64,000 nt of DNA from the NCBI GenBank assembly GCA_965214705.1, contig OZ243972.1, positions 1,216,001-1,280,000 of the forward strand, given 5' to 3'. The number at the start of each line of letters is the position of its first letter. Position 1 is the first letter of the stretch. Positions 60,059-64,000 of the stretch are shown piece after piece. The position numbers were made by a program, and so were the translations under genes. The notes under the pieces were generated by a model that saw only the letters and a list, made by a program, of their open reading frames with translations, was not told where the DNA came from and did not search any database. The stretch comes from Alphaproteobacteria bacterium (GTDB lineage Bacteria; Pseudomonadota; Alphaproteobacteria; UBA828).

Positions 60059-62034
60059 GTCCTCTCTCCTCCCAGGAGCTTCAGCGGCCGCGCCTTCCGG
60101 GCCTCCCTGTTGCCTCGCCGATCCGCCTTCTGCTTGCGCAGCACGAAGGGGTTGGGATCGGCCAGACGGTCCGAATCGGGACGCCGCCAGTAGCACGCGT
60201 GGTGCAGGTGCAGCGCATCGCGCGGCAGGTCCTTCGCCGCCGCGATCACGTATTGCCGGTCCGGTCCCAGCGTCATCAGCGCGTCGGGCGTCACCACGCG
60301 CTCACGCACCAGGGACGTCGACTCGCCCGCCTGCCACTGGGTGTTGGCGGTAACGATGCGGCTCTCGGCGACAGTCCCCGACCGGCTCTCGGTCCTTCCC
60401 TCGAAAGTCGCGGTGCCGATCGCCTTCGAGAGCTCCTCCGCGCCCTCGGCGTCGGTGCGCGGGAAGCCCAGCACCTGGACCACCTCCGCCAGGTGAAGCA
60501 GCGTCTTGCGGTGCTCCTTTCCCCAGCTCGAATCCAGCGCCGAGATCGACTGGGCAAAGCACCAGAAGTGGACGCCCTTGCCGGCCGCCATGGTGTAGCC
60601 GTCCATCACCGGCTTGAGGAAGCCGATGCGCGGCATCTCGTCGATGACGATCAGCATGTCGCGCTGCAGCGGCTCGATGCCGGCGATCGCGTTGGGGATG
60701 GCGACCCAGAGCCGGAGCCAGCCCTTGACGTGCTCGACGGTCTCCTCGGGGGCGACCACGAAGAGGTCGGTGTGTCCGTCCGCCAGGCTCAGCGGGTCGA
60801 AGCTCGACCGCGCGGTGTTGGCGAGCAGCTCCGGGTAGTTGAGGAACGCCAATTGGTTGGCGACCGTGGTGAAGTTGGAGCCGCCTTCCTCCCTGCCGAC
60901 CTGGGCCTGGCGTTCGACCGCGATACGCGCGAGGCCGCCCGCGAAGGGCTCCTCCTTCCTGAAGGCCTCGGCGAAGCCCTCGCGCGCCTCGGGCGAGGCC
61001 GACAGCATCTCGTGAACCGTCTTGAGAGTGCGTTTGTATGGCGGCTCCTTGAACCGCACCCACGCCGTGTAGCCGGCGACGATGGCGCGCGCGGACTCGT
61101 AGAAGTGCCGGGTGTTGTCGTGGGCCCCGGGACGGGGCGGTGTGAGCAACGCGTCGAGCAGCACGTTGATGTCGCGCACGGCGAGGCTGTCGTCGTCCCG
61201 AATGAACTCCAGCGGGTTGTAGGTCGCGCTGCGGACATCGGGCAGATGGCAGTCCTCGAACTCTCTGCCGTGCGCCTTCACTACCCCGAAGGGGTCGAGA
61301 AGCACCGCGCGGCGCCCCAGTTCCCGCCGCCGCCGCGACGCGATGCACCAGAGCTCGCCGCGCGGATCGATGGTAACGGTCGATCCGTCGAAGCCCCGCT
61401 CGTCCGGCGTGAGCAGGTTGAGCGCGATCAGCGCCCCCTTGCCGGTGCGGGGCGGGGCCACGGTGATGGCGGAGCCTTCGAGCGACCAGCCGATGAGCGG
61501 CGCGTTCCGGCCCGCGCCCCACTGCCCGAGCAGGATGCCCCGGCGCTTCGCCAGCCTGCGCAGGAAGCGGCGGCCCAGCAGGCTCGCATGTCCGTGCAGG
61601 TCCGACTCCGCGCGCCGCCGGCGCTCTCCCCCGCCGAGACGGCGCAGGCTCGCGAAGGCAACCTCGAACCAGAGCACGGTCAGCAGCACGACGGCCGGGC
61701 CGGGCACCACGAGCAGCACCAGGCTCACCCCGTCGAGCCGGTCCAGCCACGCCATCACGGCCCCGAACGAGGGCGCGTGCCGGAGCGGCCGCACGATGCC
61801 GGTCCAGAACGAAGCGGCGCCCACAGCGAGGCCTCCGCCGTAGAGCCCGAAGCGGACCCCGCGAAATGCGTCCTTGCGGTCGCTGGCGAAGTAGGCGAGC
61901 AACGACGCCCCCACGGCGAGGCCGAGGCCGGCAGCGGCGGCGTCTTCCGGCCGGTATCCGTTGACCAGCCACGCCGCCCAGGCCGATCCGGCGGCAAGCA
62001 GGAGGGCGCAGAGGCCCGGCTGGACGTATCTCAT
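60055..62034 (-). CDS. Type IV coupling protein, TraG/VirD4 family
   Basis: N-terminal TM segments, HGHA, Walker A APPRTGKG, IDPRGEL, LLDPF, YNPL, Walker B IDEMPRIG, QSISAL. Confidence 0.9.
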   Translation of the reverse strand: MRYVQPGLCALLLAAGSAWAAWLVNGYRPEDAAAAGLGLAVGASLLAYFASDRKDAFRGVRFGLYGGGLAVGAASFWTGIVRPLRHAPSFGAVMAWLDRLDGVSLVLLVVPGPAVVLLTVLWFEVAFASLRRLGGGERRRRAESDLHGHASLLGRRFLRRLAKRRGILLGQWGAGRNAPLIGWSLEGSAITVAPPRTGKGALIALNLLTPDERGFDGSTVTIDPRGELWCIASRRRRELGRRAVLLDPFGVVKAHGREFEDCHLPDVRSATYNPLEFIRDDDSLAVRDINVLLDALLTPPRPGAHDNTRHFYESARAIVAGYTAWVRFKEPPYKRTLKTVHEMLSASPEAREGFAEAFRKEEPFAGGLARIAVERQAQVGREEGGSNFTTVANQLAFLNYPELLANTARSSFDPLSLADGHTDLFVVAPEETVEHVKGWLRLWVAIPNAIAGIEPLQRDMLIVIDEMPRIGFLKPVMDGYTMAAGKGVHFWCFAQSISALDSSWGKEHRKTLLHLAEVVQVLGFPRTDAEGAEELSKAIGTATFEGRTESRSGTVAESRIVTANTQWQAGESTSLVRERVVTPDALMTLGPDRQYVIAAAKDLPRDALHLHHACYWRRPDSDRLADPNPFVLRKQKADRRGNREARKARPLKLLGGERT

Positions 62035-62077
62035 TGCGAAGCTCCTGTGGCGCCGAGGGGATCGATCCGTGGCATCG

Positions 62078-64000
62078 TCAGCCTCCGGTTCCGCTGCGCC
62101 CGGCGCGCGCACCCACTCGGACCGCGCCCAGCCGGGTCATGCCTGCGACCGCGGTCCCGCCGGTCCGCTCGCCGCCGTCCTCCCCGGCGCCGGCGCGTCC
62201 GCCGATCCAGTCGAGGACGGCGCCCGGCAGCAGGTCGATCAGCTTGAAGGACGCGTTCATCAGCCCGTAGGCCACGATCACGTAGAGCGCGAGCATGGCG
62301 AGGAACCCGACGGGGCCGAGCCCGGCGCTCGCGCCGGCGTCCCGCATCTGCGGCAGCCAGACCTGGTTGAACAGCCCGATCGCGGCCAGGAACACGAAGT
62401 AGCCGAGGATGAGGCCCAAGAGCATCAGCGCGGGCCGCAGCACCAGCGCCGGGAGGAACAGCCAGCCTTGCCGCGTGGCCTGTACGGTGAGCCGGTTCCC
62501 GTCCTCGCGGGTGACGTGGGCGGCTGCGAACACGGTGACGGCCAGAACCGCGACGGCCACGTTGAGGATCCAGCCGAGAATGCCGAACAGGAAGCGGATG
62601 AAGGGGAGCGCAGGCAGCACGTAGGCCAGGACGGCGCCCGCGACGATGAGGAGTCCGAGCAGGGTCGAGACCAGGGCGTCCGAGACCTGCCAGGCCGATT
62701 CGAAGACGTCGAGCCCCTTGCCGATGAAGGGGATGGATTCGAGCAGCCCCGAGCCGGTCGCGGCGCCCATGAGCGCCACGACGGCGGCGAGCGCGGCGTT
62801 CAGGAGGCCGTGGCCCAGCGCGGCCAGGTCGGCGATGGGGTTGCCGCTGTCGGCGAGGATGACGGAGTCCAAGTCGATGAACTCGAGCAGCCCCGACATC
62901 ATGCCGCGGCTGTCGCCGTCCGACGAAGGGAGCGCGCCGGCGCCGGCGTTGGCGGCCGACAGCAGCATCGGGTGGTAGCGGCTGGAGCGGGCGAGCTGCG
63001 CCGCCACACCTTTGACGGCAGCGTCTGCCGAAGGGACCCACTCGTCGAGGCTCGGCACCGGAAGCGCCACCGAGGGCACGTTGTGGGCGGCGGCCTGGAA
63101 GAGGCCGACGCGATGCGCGATGGTGTTGAAGAAGGACGCGGCGGCCATCCAGGACGCCTCGCGCGCGTCCTCCGCCACCACCCGCGCGAGGGTCTCGCGC
63201 TCCTCCGAGGCGGCTTGCGTCAGCGCGTCGTCGAGCACCCTCGAATAGGCGTCGGCCAGGTCCTCACCTGCCAGCAGAGCGTCGATGTCGGGCAGCGGGC
63301 GGCCGTAGAGCGGGGTCCCGGGCACGTAGTGGGCGGCGAGGCCGGCGGCGATCGAGCGGATGGCCGGCAGCAGGCCGGTGAGCGCGCGGCGATGACCCTC
63401 GGCCGCGAGGCCCGGCGCGCCGTCCGCCTCGAGCCCTGTGAAGCGGATCGAACCGCACATGCCGTCCGGCATGCCGCGGCCGTCCCCGTCGTAGCCAAGC
63501 GTCACCCCGCCGTCGTCCTCATCTTCGTCGATCTCGACGTAAGGGTCGTCGCCGGCTTGGGCCGCGCTCTCGTTGGCGGCCCGGGCGCAGGTCTCGGCAA
63601 TCAGGGTGCGGGAGATCGCGGCGCGCCAGAGCGCCTCGCGGGGGCGCGGCACGATCGGCCGGCTCTCGGCCAGCGCCTCTTCCGAGAACGGCTTCCAGAC
63701 GGCGTTGGCGAAGTCGCCGCCGAGATGGGCGAGGCCCACCACCGCGTGCTGCGCCCCGTTGAGCCCGCCCGGCAGCGGCGCCATCAGGGCGACGGCCGCG
63801 ACGATGCGCACGATCGCCCAGGCGCCGAAGCCGAAGCGGCCCTCGCGGGCGGTGTCGACGGTGCCCGCGGCGGCGTGCCAGACCAGCAGGAAGCCGGCGA
63901 GCACCAGCACGCCGGCGTTGAAGGCGAACAGCATGTCGCCCACGGCGGACGACCGGTCTCCGGCACGAGTGTCCGCGCCGAGACCGCCCAGGAAGGCCAG
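62078..64000 (-). CDS. DotA/TraY family type IVB membrane protein, 5'-partial
   Basis: FN.GVL...GT..TA.EG...W..VR...LM.PLP.G.NG.Q..V....G...AN.VW and C-terminal YVLPALPF..F.....GW...H...G......LRPALMLLG. Frame is open to the window edge. Confidence 0.8.
   Translation of the reverse strand: MAFLGGLGADTRAGDRSSAVGDMLFAFNAGVLVLAGFLLVWHAAAGTVDTAREGRFGFGAWAIVRIVAAVALMAPLPGGLNGAQHAVVGLAHLGGDFANAVWKPFSEEALAESRPIVPRPREALWRAAISRTLIAETCARAANESAAQAGDDPYVEIDEDEDDGGVTLGYDGDGRGMPDGMCGSIRFTGLEADGAPGLAAEGHRRALTGLLPAIRSIAAGLAAHYVPGTPLYGRPLPDIDALLAGEDLADAYSRVLDDALTQAASEERETLARVVAEDAREASWMAAASFFNTIAHRVGLFQAAAHNVPSVALPVPSLDEWVPSADAAVKGVAAQLARSSRYHPMLLSAANAGAGALPSSDGDSRGMMSGLLEFIDLDSVILADSGNPIADLAALGHGLLNAALAAVVALMGAATGSGLLESIPFIGKGLDVFESAWQVSDALVSTLLGLLIVAGAVLAYVLPALPFIRFLFGILGWILNVAVAVLAVTVFAAAHVTREDGNRLTVQATRQGWLFLPALVLRPALMLLGLILGYFVFLAAIGLFNQVWLPQMRDAGASAGLGPVGFLAMLALYVIVAYGLMNASFKLIDLLPGAVLDWIGGRAGAGEDGGERTGGTAVAGMTRLGAVRVGARAGRSGTGG

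Larger units (their letters stand above)
58873..64000. mobile_element. Edge of an integrative (conjugative/mobilisable) element at tRNA-Ser; continues beyond the window
   Basis: Abrupt AT-rich segment right after the tRNA CCA; CCCTCACT direct repeats at 58931 and 58943 (arm-site-like); AlpA, VirD4 and DotA/TraY genes. Confidence 0.8.

Noticed and set aside
1-64000. CRISPR array or long tandem repeat arrays
   Set aside because: No regularly spaced repeat-spacer pattern and no cas genes seen.

Overview
High-GC alphaproteobacterial chromosome segment, probably Rhodospirillales-like (inferred from MucR/Ros, rpsM-rpsK-rpoA-rplQ without rpsD, miaB-phoH-ybeY-corC-lnt and xseB-ispA-tlyA). Bases 1-31 kb hold mostly housekeeping and catabolic genes, plus a MazEF-like toxin-antitoxin pair, tandem amidases and a candidate anti-SD sRNA. 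Bases 31-50.6 kb hold a GntR-flanked catabolic locus (ABC transporter, ATP-dependent hydantoinase/oxoprolinase A+B, PutA, Xaa-Pro peptidase, TMADH-like enzyme). This locus has been hit by two complete IS elements with clear ends and target duplications: an ISAs1-family element in putA and an IS4/IS50-like element in hydantoinase A. Both unrelated transposases carry an N-terminal DUF4338 (DruA-like, possibly Mom/GNAT-like) domain, which is the most striking feature of the window. Bases 50.8-58.7 kb are an aromatic catabolism cluster (CoA ligase, thiolase-like/DUF35, enoyl-CoA hydratase, LLM monooxygenase, two-subunit hydroquinone dioxygenase, CoA transferase A). From 58.8 kb on are tRNA-Ser(CGA) and the edge of an integrative element (AlpA, VirD4-type coupling protein, DotA/TraY). 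All calls come from motif recognition by eye; no searches were run.
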